From Chthonomonadales bacterium (GTDB lineage: Bacteria; Armatimonadota; Chthonomonadetes; Chthonomonadales; CAJBBX01): a stretch of 64,000 nucleotides of DNA. The stretch's first letter is position 1. The number at the start of each line of letters is the position of its first letter. Below are positions 27,704 through 36,009 of this stretch, piece after piece. The stretch spans positions 72,876 to 136,875 of the forward strand of contig JBBIPC010000007.1 of NCBI GenBank assembly GCA_037443035.1. Reading direction: 5' to 3'. The translations under genes and the position numbers were made by a program. A model generated the notes under the pieces. That model was not told the origin of the DNA and did not search any database. It worked only from the letters and a program-made list of their open reading frames with translations.

Positions 27704-28878
27704 CGTGCGCCAGTATAGCCTCTGGCCGCTAACGCTTCTCGATCCGCCTGCCAGTGAGCCAGGAATGCGCCGATGGAATCTCCACCGAACCTCTCCAACG
27801 CCGCATCGGCCAGAACGTAGGCGACCATGGCCTCAGCGATGACCGCCGCTGCGGGCACGGCACAGATGTCGGAGCGCTCGAAATGGGCTGGTACCGGCTC
27901 CCGAGTAGCGAGATCCACCGAGGCCAGCCGCTGGCGCAGAGTGGGCAGCGGTTTCATCGCACACCGCACGACGATGGGTTCCCCGTTGCTGATACCGCCT
28001 TCCACTCCGCCAGCGTTGTTGCTCAGCCGTACGTACCCGTCCCCTGGATCGTGGATGATCTCGTCATGGACTTCGGACCCTTTTCGGACCGCACCTCCGA
28101 AGCCAGCCCCGATTTCCACACCCTTCACCGCCTGAATGCTCATGAGCGCAGCCGCCAGACGCGCGTCCAGCCGCCTATCCCACTGGACCGGAGAGCCCAG
28201 GCCGAGCGGACATCCTAGAGCGATGACCTCGAAGATGCCGCCCAACGTATCGCCCTCCTCCGTGGCTTGGTCAATGGCGGCCTGCATGGCTGCCGAGAGA
28301 TCCGGATCCGCGCACCGAACAGGCGACGCTTCGACATCGTCGGCAAGGTCGCGGATTCTGGCCGGATCCACGGGAGGCCCAGAGACCTCGCCGATCGCGC
28401 ACACGTGGCTGTAGATCTCGACGCCCACCAACCCCAAGAGTTGCCGGCATAGCGCACCTGCCGCGACGAGAGCCGCCGTCGTACGCGCGCTGGAGCGCTC
28501 CAGGATATCCCGGATGTCCGCCAGATCGTATTTCAACGCGCCAGCGAAGTCCGCATGACCCGGTCTCGGCCGCGTGACTGGGGTACCGGGCGACTCGGGC
28601 TCGCTGGAGCTCATTCGGGCTTGCCAGTTGGCGTAGTCCTTGTTCCGGATCTGTAGCGTAACAGGACCTGGCATCGTGCGACCGTGCCTGACGCCCGACA
28701 ATACCTCCACTCGGTCCTGCTCGATCTGCTGGCGTTTGCCGCGGCCGTATCCGCGCTGACGTCGTGCCAGTTCCTCGTTCACCGACTCGATATTGACTGC
28801 CATCCCAGCCGGCAGACCATCGAGAATGACAGTGAGAACGGGTCCGTGGGACTCGCCAGAGGTCAACATGCGTAGCAT
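27688..28878 (-). CDS. aroC: Chorismate synthase
   Basis: MLRMLTSGESHGP..., RPGHAD, SARTTAA, VKGVEIG. The ORF track start at 28902 is GTG; the ATG at 28878 gives the canonical N-terminus. Confidence 0.92.
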   Translation of the reverse strand: MLRMLTSGESHGPVLTVILDGLPAGMAVNIESVNEELARRQRGYGRGKRQQIEQDRVEVLSGVRHGRTMPGPVTLQIRNKDYANWQARMSSSEPESPGTPVTRPRPGHADFAGALKYDLADIRDILERSSARTTAALVAAGALCRQLLGLVGVEIYSHVCAIGEVSGPPVDPARIRDLADDVEASPVRCADPDLSAAMQAAIDQATEEGDTLGGIFEVIALGCPLGLGSPVQWDRRLDARLAAALMSIQAVKGVEIGAGFGGAVRKGSEVHDEIIHDPGDGYVRLSNNAGGVEGGISNGEPIVVRCAMKPLPTLRQRLASVDLATREPVPAHFERSDICAVPAAAVIAEAMVAYVLADAALERFGGDSIGAFLAHWQADREALAARGYTGARWSKR

Positions 28879-28924
28879 GAGAGGTGTTTCAGCTCCATAC
28901 ACACGTAGCGCGTGCTAGAGACGC

Positions 28925-28961
28925 GAAAACGGGAGCGGCCTTCGAAGGGAAAGCCGCTCCC
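28925..28961 (-). terminator. Candidate Rho-independent terminator/attenuator after pilQ
   Basis: The minus-strand RNA reads GGGAGCGGC-(13 nt loop)-GCCGCTCCC followed by GUUUUCG. Stem arms are at 28953-28961 and 28931-28939, starting 20 nt past the pilQ stop. The U-tract is short. Confidence 0.45.
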
Positions 28962-28980
28962 GCCATTGCTCAGCCCTATG

Positions 28981-30771
28981 CTAGGGAGTGATGCCTGCCG
29001 AGACCACACCTTCCGAACCCGACGGATCGGGAAGGATGGACGGTGTCACGAACACCAGCAGCTCGCTGTCCGACACACGGTATTCGCGCGACTGGAAGAG
29101 CTGCCCAATCAACGGCAGGTCTCCGAAGAGCGGGACTTTCTTGATGCTTGTACCGTCGTTCTTCCGCACCAGACCCGCGATGGCGATGGAGTCGCCGTTG
29201 CGCACACGACGCGTGATGGGCCCTATGTACTGGTAGCTGATGATCGGGGCCGTGGTGCCATCGGGGCCGGTAACCTGGCCGGAGACGTCCGAAACGTAAG
29301 GCGAGATCGTCAGGGAGATGGTGTCATCGCCGTTGATTCTCGCCAGCACATCCATACCAGACTGAGCCTGGACGGTGGAGATATTCGTCTGCAAGATAAC
29401 CACACCGTTGCCGCCCGCTGTTGGACTGGTGTAGAAGATCGGTATCTCCCGGCCGACGTTGAGGCTCACTGGCAGGTTGTTCAGCGTGGTCACCATGGGC
29501 GAGCTGACGAGACGGCCCTTGCCCTCGGTCAGTGTAGCCCGGAGCTGGGCGGCCACGTTGCCTGTAGCGTAGTTCATGAACACTTGGCCTGCTGCGAAGC
29601 CGGGGTTGCCTGCGACCAGGTTGCCTCGTGCAATCTGCCAGTCAATGCCGAACTGCTTAAGGTCGTCCTGGGTCACTTCGACGAACTCTGCCTTGATCAT
29701 GAGCTGCTTGGGAGCGATATCGAGGAGCCGGATGATCTCTTTCAGCTCGCGCAGCGCGTCTTCATCGCTGGTTCGGACGATGATCGTGTTGTCTATGTCA
29801 TAGGCGAGCATGGACTGAATCCCCTCCGGCACCAGTCCACCACCGCCGCCGCCAATACCGCCCTGGCCGCCGAAGCCACCCTGGCCGCCGAAGCCCCCAT
29901 AGCCTCCACGGCCGCCGAACTGACCGCCTCCGCAACCGCCATAGCCGCCGCCATAGCCGCCGTAGCCGCCATAGCCGCCGCCATAGCCGCCATAGCCGCC
30001 GCCGATACCGCCACCGCCCGGCCGCATGCCACCACCGAACTGGTTGGCCTCAGCGTCGTTCCCGCCAGGCTTGGGCCCGCTCGGCACTACCGACGGAAGC
30101 GGCGTCTCTCCCGTGCCCTGGCTGCTCTGCGGTGCTGGCGGATTGACCTGAACGCCACCGTTCGTGGGTTGGCCTATGTTGCGGCCACTCGCGTAGGGCG
30201 TGCGCCGCTCGCCAAGGGATTCGAACATCAGTTGCCGTAGGTAGTCGCCTCTACCACTCAGTTCGGGTCGCGTCAGGAACGCCACGATCTCCGAGGGCCG
30301 GGAATTCTGAACGCGGATCCGCTCGGTGATCAGCCGCTTGGGCGGCTCGGGAACCAGAGGCGCCTGGCTCTGGCTCGTCGCTGCCGGCTTGTCCACCTTC
30401 GGTGTCTCGGCTGCCGCGTCAGCCCCCTTAGGACCGATGATGTAGATACCGCCGTCCACCCGCAACGAAGCTCCGGCTGCGCGGCAGATCATCTGCAACA
30501 CTGTCTCGAGCGGCTTCTTCTCGAGCATCAGGTTGACCCGCCCGTAGGGCTTGTCACTAGCTTCGATGACAATCTCCGCACCTGTCTGCGCCATGAGCAT
30601 TCTCACGGCAGCCTGGAGATCGGCGTCGACAAGGTCCACACGTTGCACGATCATCTGGCCTGCGCCGCTCTCCTGAGCGCGTGCGGTCACGGATGCCGCG
30701 CCGGATATGGCGAAGGCTAACGTCGCCGCTAGCGCCCACCTCCAGCTAGCTGAACGACTTCGAAGGCCCAT
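28981..30771 (-). CDS. pilQ: Type IV pilus secretin PilQ with a Gly/Tyr/Phe-rich insertion
   Basis: ORF 28981..30825. The ATG at 30771 is preceded by GGAGGAGG with an 8-nt spacer, and a signal peptide follows (WRWALAATLAFAISGAASVTARA). N0-like domain: VDLVDADLQAAVRMLMAQTG.... C-terminal secretin domain: LVSSPMVTTLNNLPV...KKVPLFGDLPLIGQLFQS...ELLVFVTPSI. Confidence 0.9.
   Translation of the reverse strand: MGLRSRSASWRWALAATLAFAISGAASVTARAQESGAGQMIVQRVDLVDADLQAAVRMLMAQTGAEIVIEASDKPYGRVNLMLEKKPLETVLQMICRAAGASLRVDGGIYIIGPKGADAAAETPKVDKPAATSQSQAPLVPEPPKRLITERIRVQNSRPSEIVAFLTRPELSGRGDYLRQLMFESLGERRTPYASGRNIGQPTNGGVQVNPPAPQSSQGTGETPLPSVVPSGPKPGGNDAEANQFGGGMRPGGGGIGGGYGGYGGGYGGYGGYGGGYGGCGGGQFGGRGGYGGFGGQGGFGGQGGIGGGGGGLVPEGIQSMLAYDIDNTIIVRTSDEDALRELKEIIRLLDIAPKQLMIKAEFVEVTQDDLKQFGIDWQIARGNLVAGNPGFAAGQVFMNYATGNVAAQLRATLTEGKGRLVSSPMVTTLNNLPVSLNVGREIPIFYTSPTAGGNGVVILQTNISTVQAQSGMDVLARINGDDTISLTISPYVSDVSGQVTGPDGTTAPIISYQYIGPITRRVRNGDSIAIAGLVRKNDGTSIKKVPLFGDLPLIGQLFQSREYRVSDSELLVFVTPSILPDPSGSEGVVSAGITP
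29836..30040 (-). repeat. Imperfect GGY/GGF codon repeat tract encoding the PilQ low-complexity insertion
   Basis: Encodes GGGMRPGGGGIGGGYGGYGGGYGGYGGYGGGYGGCGGGQFGGRGGYGGFGGQGGFGGQGGIGGGGGG. The plus strand is runs of gccgcc/atagcc/gaagcc. Confidence 0.85.
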
Positions 30772-30856
30772 ATGTTCGTCCTCCTCCCGACCCTTTGCTA
30801 TCTTGCATCTCGACGCGACAAGCAACTCCAGCCTTCAGAACATGCTCGCCGCGGAC

Positions 30857-30894
30857 GGTCGGCCTGCAGACCACCAGATTACCACAGGCCGACC
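30857..30894 (-). other. 10-bp perfect GC-rich hairpin in the gap between the N0-protein gene and pilQ
   Basis: ggtcggcctg (30857-30866) and caggccgacc (30885-30894) are exact reverse complements, separated by an 18-nt loop. No U-tract follows. Confidence 0.5.
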
Positions 30895-30909
30895 ATCAAT
30901 CGTTCTGGC

Positions 30910-31086
30910 CTAACGGCCCCAGCCGCCTATGCCGCCGCCGCCGCCGCGGAAGCCACCGCCATAGCCACCACCGAAACCGCCGCCGCGGAAGCCGCCACCG
31001 CCGAAGCCGCCGTAGCCGCCACCGCCCCAGCCGCCACCACCTGAGCCCCTGCCTCGTTAGCAACCGATTAAGCCACCCCCTATACC
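30910..31086 (-). pseudogene. In-frame Gly-rich continuation of the upstream N0-protein gene beyond its stop codons (decayed tail?)
   Basis: In the same frame as CDS 31087..31647, reading continues after TGA (31089-31087) as GIGGGLIGC. After TAA (31059-31057) it reads RGRGSGGGGWGGGGYGGFGGGGFRGGGFGGGYGGGFRGGGGGIGGWGR, ending at TAG (30912-30910). No in-frame ATG is present. Confidence 0.4.
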
Positions 31087-31647
31087 TCACCCTCTGAAGC
31101 ACCCCCCGATGCCGCCGCCGTAGCCGCCGTAGCCACCGTAGCCACCGCCATAGCCCATACGCTGGTTGGAGATGATCGCCCCACCACCCAGGTTATAGGA
31201 CAGATCCACGGCGTCTGCGTAGTTGACCACGATTTTTACGGTCCGGGTTTTCTTCTCCGGCTGCGTCTCCTCTGTGGTGGTCGTCGTCGTCTCCTGCGTG
31301 ATCTCTTCCTGTTTCAGCGAGACCGTGTAGACGCCATCCTGAACGCGGTACGTCAGAGGAAGCTGCGTACCCTTCAGAATGTTCTCCAGGGCGACTCGGA
31401 ACGTCACATTGTTCAAGGACGCCGTCACCGTGCCCTGGACGTTCTCGTCCAACAGGTAGTTCACACCAACCATGTTGAACAGCATTTTCAGAGCGTACCG
31501 GATGTCGGCGTTCTCGAAGTTCAGCGTCACTTTCTTGTTGGATACGTCTCCTTCGTCCTGGGCGTGCACAGGCACCGCGGCTGCCACCGCCAACGCCATG
31601 ATTGTGACCAGCACACCCGTTCGAGCCCATCGCATCGCAGGACCCAT
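31087..31647 (-). CDS. Secreted stand-alone secretin-N0/STN-like domain protein with a Thr-rich linker and GGYGG tail
   Basis: ORF 31087..31665. The ATG at 31647 is preceded by GAGGAGG with a 9-nt spacer. Signal peptide: MGPAMRWARTGVLVTIMALAVAAAVPVHA. N0-like domain: VTLNFENADIRYALKMLFNMVGVNYLLDENVQGTVTASLNNVTFRVALENIL. Tail: GYGGGYGGYGGYGGGIGG. Confidence 0.75.
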   Translation of the reverse strand: MGPAMRWARTGVLVTIMALAVAAAVPVHAQDEGDVSNKKVTLNFENADIRYALKMLFNMVGVNYLLDENVQGTVTASLNNVTFRVALENILKGTQLPLTYRVQDGVYTVSLKQEEITQETTTTTTEETQPEKKTRTVKIVVNYADAVDLSYNLGGGAIISNQRMGYGGGYGGYGGYGGGIGGCFRG

Positions 31648-31738
31648 ACCTTTCAACCTCCTCATGGGCCAATACTTCTGCCCAAAGGCTTATTCTCGAC
31701 CTTCCCGTTATGAATCTACGCCGCTTGCCATCGTACGG

Positions 31739-32632
31739 TTACTGCTCGCTCTCGGCCCCGATGGGCCCACCTGAGCCACCACCGCCCGGAGGCGCGTAGC
31801 CACCACCGCCACCGCGGAACATCATACCGGCTCCGCCGGGCCCACCGCGTAGTCCACCCACGTAGGACGTCCGCGGCTGACTACCCACATCGGTCAACGG
31901 TACTTCCTGAGTATACGTCACATTCCCCACTTTTCGCTTGAGCACGACCGAGCGAGAGCGTATGGCTTCGACGCGGTAGTCACCCAGCATGTCGCCAGGA
32001 CGGACCACGTTCTGTCCCTCGGGCCCCTCGATAAGCGCATATACGCCCTGTCCTGTGGCGATTCCCGCCACCCGACGGTTCGGAACTTCCTCGACTTCGA
32101 TCTTCTCCTCCGGCGGACGGATGACCGATTCGCGGGTAGCGATGCGGTACGGTTCGACCAGCGTGATCGCCGGTGGAGGTGGCGGAGTTGTGTTCCACCA
32201 CGGTGCGAACGGATCCGGTCGTGCATTCGGCGGCTTGCTTGTCACTTTCGGTCCTTGTGCGGCCGCTTCCTGCTGAGGAGCGCCACCCATGGGACCACCC
32301 CCCATGCCGGACATACCTCCCGCGAACGGCGCACCTGAGCCCATCCCACCCATCATCGGCGGAGCGCCGCCGCTCGTCTGCATCTGCATCGCAGGACCGC
32401 CCATGACGATGCCCGGTGATGCTGCGCCACCGTCGCGTTCTGTGCTGTCGTCCTCCGAAGGGGCTCCGCCTGATGGCGCCTGCGCCGTGGTGCCGCCAGT
32501 GGTGCCCTGGTCACCGCCGCCGCATCCGCCGACGAGTACCGCAGCCAGTGCCATCGCCACCAGTAGCATCCATCTATGGTCAGTTATTCGAGGTATCCGC
32601 AACTCAGGTTTCCTCACTTCCGCGAATCGCAT
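31739..32632 (-). CDS. PilP-like lipoprotein with Gly/Met/Pro-rich N-proximal and C-terminal segments
   Basis: Lipobox MLLVAMALAAVLVGGC. C-terminal beta-domain resembles the PilP/GspC-HR fold (GIATGQGVYALIEGPEGQNVVRPGDMLGDYRVEAIRSRSVVLKR). Alternative start at the ATG at 32569. Confidence 0.65.
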   Translation of the reverse strand: MRFAEVRKPELRIPRITDHRWMLLVAMALAAVLVGGCGGGDQGTTGGTTAQAPSGGAPSEDDSTERDGGAASPGIVMGGPAMQMQTSGGAPPMMGGMGSGAPFAGGMSGMGGGPMGGAPQQEAAAQGPKVTSKPPNARPDPFAPWWNTTPPPPPAITLVEPYRIATRESVIRPPEEKIEVEEVPNRRVAGIATGQGVYALIEGPEGQNVVRPGDMLGDYRVEAIRSRSVVLKRKVGNVTYTQEVPLTDVGSQPRTSYVGGLRGGPGGAGMMFRGGGGGYAPPGGGGSGGPIGAESEQ

Positions 32633-32638
32633 CGCCTG

Positions 32639-33622
32639 TCAATTGGCTGCTTCCATGGTAGATCCGCCCCGCGTCCCGGCGCCGCCACCGCTGGCCCGGG
32701 GACCGCCCATCATGGGCGGACCCATGGGTGGACCACCCATCGGCGGACCACCGCTGCCAATACCTCCTGGCCGCGCCATTCCCATGGAACTCGCGCCAGG
32801 TCCACTGACCGTACCAGGCATACCGCCGGGCCCACCGACTCTACCTGGAGGTCCGCCCATGCCCATGGGACCGCCCATGCCCATAGGGCCGCCCATACCC
32901 ATAGGGCCGCCGCCACCGCCGCCCGAACCGCTGATACGCGGTATCTGGACGGGCAGGTTATCCCGCACGATGATCGTGAAGGTCACTATGTACGTAGCAG
33001 AAAGGTTCGGACTGTTGCCGCTAATCTGGAGTCCATCCACCACCGGCACACCCGCTTGCGACAGCGACGACCACGACTTGATGTGCTGCATAAGCTTGTC
33101 GAGGTTCTTGGCTCGCACGGCCATCTGGTAAGAGTAATGCAAAACAGGCCCGTAGCCTTCGCCCGGCTGTCCCACATCGATCGTGTTCGGATCGGGACCG
33201 TAGGAGGGCAGAACGAGCGTACCCGGGTTCTCCCAGATGATCCCGTTCAGCTTCCTTTCACGCTCCATGTGGTTGCGTACGGTCCGTATGAACCGCTCTG
33301 GCCATGAACGACCGCGGTTGGGTAGGAACGTGCGCAGCCACGTCGTCAACGTATCCTTGGAGTAGCCAATGACGGGCATGTACTGCTTCTCGTAGACGCT
33401 CCATTCCGCCTCGGCGAGCGCTTTGTCCTTGTTCGCCTGCTCCAGCGCCCGCGTTGCCATGGGCAGTTTGTCGGCGCGCGCCTGAACTGCCGACAGGTCC
33501 TGCTCGGCCTTCTTCTTGGCATCCAGGGCGCCTGTTATCACCGTGAAGTAGAGGCCAGCGCCAACGAGAAGCGCAACCACCAGTCCGATGATATTGATGT
33601 GGAGAATGGTCAGCTTCGACAT
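32639..33622 (-). CDS. pilO: PilO-like T4P alignment protein with a Gly/Met/Pro-rich C-terminal tail
   Basis: ORF 32639..33703; ATG at 33622 (MSKLTILHINIIGLVVALLVGAGLYF). Single TM, a coiled-coil segment, then a globular domain. Position immediately after pilN. Sequence similarity to PilO is judged only by architecture. Confidence 0.6.
   Translation of the reverse strand: MSKLTILHINIIGLVVALLVGAGLYFTVITGALDAKKKAEQDLSAVQARADKLPMATRALEQANKDKALAEAEWSVYEKQYMPVIGYSKDTLTTWLRTFLPNRGRSWPERFIRTVRNHMERERKLNGIIWENPGTLVLPSYGPDPNTIDVGQPGEGYGPVLHYSYQMAVRAKNLDKLMQHIKSWSSLSQAGVPVVDGLQISGNSPNLSATYIVTFTIIVRDNLPVQIPRISGSGGGGGGPMGMGGPMGMGGPMGMGGPPGRVGGPGGMPGTVSGPGASSMGMARPGGIGSGGPPMGGPPMGPPMMGGPRASGGGAGTRGGSTMEAAN
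32850..32903 (-). repeat. 18-bp tandem repeat x3 inside pilO (encodes GGPMGM x3)
   Basis: Plus-strand units: ggtccgcccatgcccatg / ggaccgcccatgcccata / gggccgcccatacccata. Confidence 0.85.
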
Positions 33623-33638
33623 GTCACATGCGCTCCCT

Positions 33639-34454
33639 CTACTTACCGCCCACGCCGCCCGGTGCCTGCATCCCTGCGGCCATCGGTACGTTCGGCGCAC
33701 CACCGCTACCCATCATGGAAGCCCCCATGCCCATGCTCATGCCGCCAGACCCACCCGGCGCCGTGAATCCGCCGCCCATACCGGGCATGCCAGGCATACC
33801 GCCTGCTGCACCTCCTGCGGCAGCTCCGCCTCCGGCGCCTCCGTATGCCGGCGCTCCAGCGATGGGTTTGACCAGCGTCAGGGTCACCGTGAAGTCGTAG
33901 CCTCCAGCGTTAGGTGGACGGATGCCCGACCCTTGCGGCTGACCATTGAAGCCAGGCGGCACAGGGAACGTCGGCAGTCCTGTCAACTGAATGTTCACGT
34001 GGCTCACGTTGGGGTTGTGTTCCATCCACATCAGGTAGTGTCCTACCTGAGCAAGGCTCGGAGCATAGGCAGTGAGGGTTACCGTTTGCCCAGCGGGCTG
34101 CAGGGAATAGTAAAGCACGCCCTTCATCGTGTAATCCCGGATGTTATAGACGACCGGCTGATAGGTCGTGCTGTTATGGAGCCTGGCGTTCTTCACGAAG
34201 TCACGCTTGGCCCGGATAGCGCTAGACTGCTCGTTGATCTGATTGGCCTGGGCCTGGAGCCTGTCTGCCTTGTCTGCGTCCGGCGTCAGGCGCTGGGTCT
34301 CGGCGACAAGAGCAGCCGTCTGTCCATCTATCTGCACCTTGCCGAAGATGAAACCGCCGATCACAACCAGCAAGATGATGACCCAGAGGACCATCACGTT
34401 CCGGCGCTTGGCACCTTCGTAGATGTAGGGGGGCAGGAGGTTGATTCGTAGCAT
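33639..34454 (-). CDS. pilN: PilN T4P alignment protein with a Gly/Ala/Met-rich C-terminal tail
   Basis: The N-terminus MLRINLLPPYIYEGAKRR carries the INLLP PilM-binding motif, followed by a TM helix (VMVLWVIILLVVIGGFIF), a coiled coil and a ferredoxin-like domain. Confidence 0.85.
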   Translation of the reverse strand: MLRINLLPPYIYEGAKRRNVMVLWVIILLVVIGGFIFGKVQIDGQTAALVAETQRLTPDADKADRLQAQANQINEQSSAIRAKRDFVKNARLHNSTTYQPVVYNIRDYTMKGVLYYSLQPAGQTVTLTAYAPSLAQVGHYLMWMEHNPNVSHVNIQLTGLPTFPVPPGFNGQPQGSGIRPPNAGGYDFTVTLTLVKPIAGAPAYGGAGGGAAAGGAAGGMPGMPGMGGGFTAPGGSGGMSMGMGASMMGSGGAPNVPMAAGMQAPGGVGGK

Positions 34455-34472
34455 CGTGCTGGTTCCCCGTCC

Positions 34473-35747
34473 TTACTTCTTCCCGCGCTTGGCCGGTTTG
34501 GCCTTAGCAGGTGTCGGTACGGCCACCATGTCGCGTGCAGCCAGGCCCGTGGCCACGGCGAAGATCGGTGACAGCTCGCGGATGTGGTCGGCAGAGTAAC
34601 TGCGCGCCGCCACGCTCGCATATTTGAAAGCATCCGCCACTAGCGTGGGAATGCCCAGTTCGATGCTCAGGAACTGATCGAGGTTCTTCAGACCTGCGGT
34701 TCCCCCGCAGAGGAGGATTTCGTCCACGTGACCGTCGGCGGTTCGCCCTGTGTAGTACTCGATGGAACGGCGGAACTCGGCCACCAGCTCACCCAGTGTC
34801 GGTGCGATAGCCATGAAAACCTGCTGGGTCGTGGGATCGGCTGTGGACGCCGCCACTGGCATCGTCTCTGTAGGCTGCGCAGTCTCGCCCAGGTCGAAGT
34901 CGGTGGCGCCAGTGCTAACCCCGGCGGTGGGCTGTTCGGCTGACAGATCGTAGAAACCCTCCCCCACGGTCGGCGCTTGTACTGCGGGTGCTTCCGTCAG
35001 GATGACCTCGCCGTGCCGCCGTTTCAGTTCTTCCGCCTGTTCCTCGTCGACTCCGAGGTGCTGTGCGATGGCTGCCGTCATCGTATCTCCTGCGAGCGGG
35101 AGCGTGCGCGGGAACGCCAGGATGCCATCGCGGAAGATACCGATATCCGTCGTGGCTGCGCCGATGTTGATGATGGCCACGGTCTTCCTGCCGTAAGGAT
35201 CTGGCCCCAGCTCGATGAGGCATCTGGCTGCCGCCAGCGGCTCCACATCGATGGCAGCCGGGCTAAGACCTGCGGCGAACAGCATATTCACATGACGATC
35301 CACCATCTCCTGTTGGGCGACCGCCATGAGGACTTCCATGTTCTCTGCGTCGGCGTCCGCATCGGCACGAATAACCGGCTGGAAGTCCATGATGACTTCA
35401 TCGGCGGCGAAAGGAACATGCCTCTCCACTTCCCATTTCATGGCCTCTGCCAGCTCGGAGTCCGACATCTTCGGCACTTCGATCACGCGTACAACGAGTG
35501 CGCCCTGACCAGCCACGGAGCTCACTGTCCGCTTCGTGGAGATGCCAGCTTCCTTGAGCATCTTCTTGACGGCATCCCCGAGCGTCTTCGGATCTACGAT
35601 CACGCCGCTGTCCATGACCTCCGGTGGTGTCGGCGCCATGCCCATGGCCTTTACCGTGACGCCATTGCGACCCGGCACGAGCTCCACGGCCTTCATGAAC
35701 TTCGAGCCGATATCTAGTCCGACCGTCGGTCCTCCCGAACCGCCCAT
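34473..35747 (-). CDS. pilM: PilM actin-like T4P assembly ATPase-fold protein
   Basis: ORF 34473..35804; the ATG at 35747 follows GGGGGG. Motifs: VGLDIGSKFMKAVEL and LCGGTAGLKNLDQFLS. Contains a roughly 60-aa low-complexity insert and a Lys-rich C-terminus. Confidence 0.88.
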   Translation of the reverse strand: MGGSGGPTVGLDIGSKFMKAVELVPGRNGVTVKAMGMAPTPPEVMDSGVIVDPKTLGDAVKKMLKEAGISTKRTVSSVAGQGALVVRVIEVPKMSDSELAEAMKWEVERHVPFAADEVIMDFQPVIRADADADAENMEVLMAVAQQEMVDRHVNMLFAAGLSPAAIDVEPLAAARCLIELGPDPYGRKTVAIINIGAATTDIGIFRDGILAFPRTLPLAGDTMTAAIAQHLGVDEEQAEELKRRHGEVILTEAPAVQAPTVGEGFYDLSAEQPTAGVSTGATDFDLGETAQPTETMPVAASTADPTTQQVFMAIAPTLGELVAEFRRSIEYYTGRTADGHVDEILLCGGTAGLKNLDQFLSIELGIPTLVADAFKYASVAARSYSADHIRELSPIFAVATGLAARDMVAVPTPAKAKPAKRGKK

Positions 35748-35817
35748 ACTGGGACCCCCCGATTGAATCGTAAGACGACACAGGCACCTGCCCGCACGGG
35801 GCAAGCTCGCCCGCTAG

Positions 35818-35846
35818 ATTGTAGCAACTTTCCCTGCGAGTGTCAA
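35818..35846 (-). promoter_or_regulatory. Near-consensus sigma70 promoter upstream of pilM
   Basis: Minus strand: TTGACA (35846-35841), exactly 17 nt spacer, TACAAT (35823-35818). It lies about 70 nt upstream of the pilM ATG, within the 262-nt gap after the giant gene. Confidence 0.6.
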
Positions 35847-36009
35847 GCGTGCGGCATCCTTTCGTGCTTACGCCGTGCCGCTGCCGCTCTTTCGACGCCC
35901 ACAGCCGCAGCAGGGTTACCCTTCGCCACCGCTTCCGCCGGTTCCTGCAATGCCTGCAGGGCGCCCAGCTGGTTCCTGCACGTGCGCCCGGACGCCACAG
36001 TCCCCCGGC

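Noticed and set aside
28912-30240. 442-aa plus-strand ORF antisense to pilQ (Ala/Ile-rich AAIAAIAA stretch)
   Set aside because: It is the mirror image of the Gly-codon repeat and of a well-supported secretin gene. It has no recognisable motifs. Long antisense ORFs are expected in GC-rich DNA.
31057-31089. UGA-as-glycine recoding (genetic code 25) or selenocysteine to explain the Gly-rich frame continuing past TGA
   Set aside because: TGA clearly terminates many genes in this window, as the ATGA/GTGA overlaps show. A TAA follows 9 codons later, and no SECIS-like context was noticed. Truncation or decay is more parsimonious.
29836-33880. Repetitive GC-rich tracts as CRISPR arrays or non-coding satellite
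   Set aside because: The periodicity is 3 to 18 nt, and the tracts lie in frame within long ORFs encoding Gly-rich peptides. There is no repeat-spacer structure.
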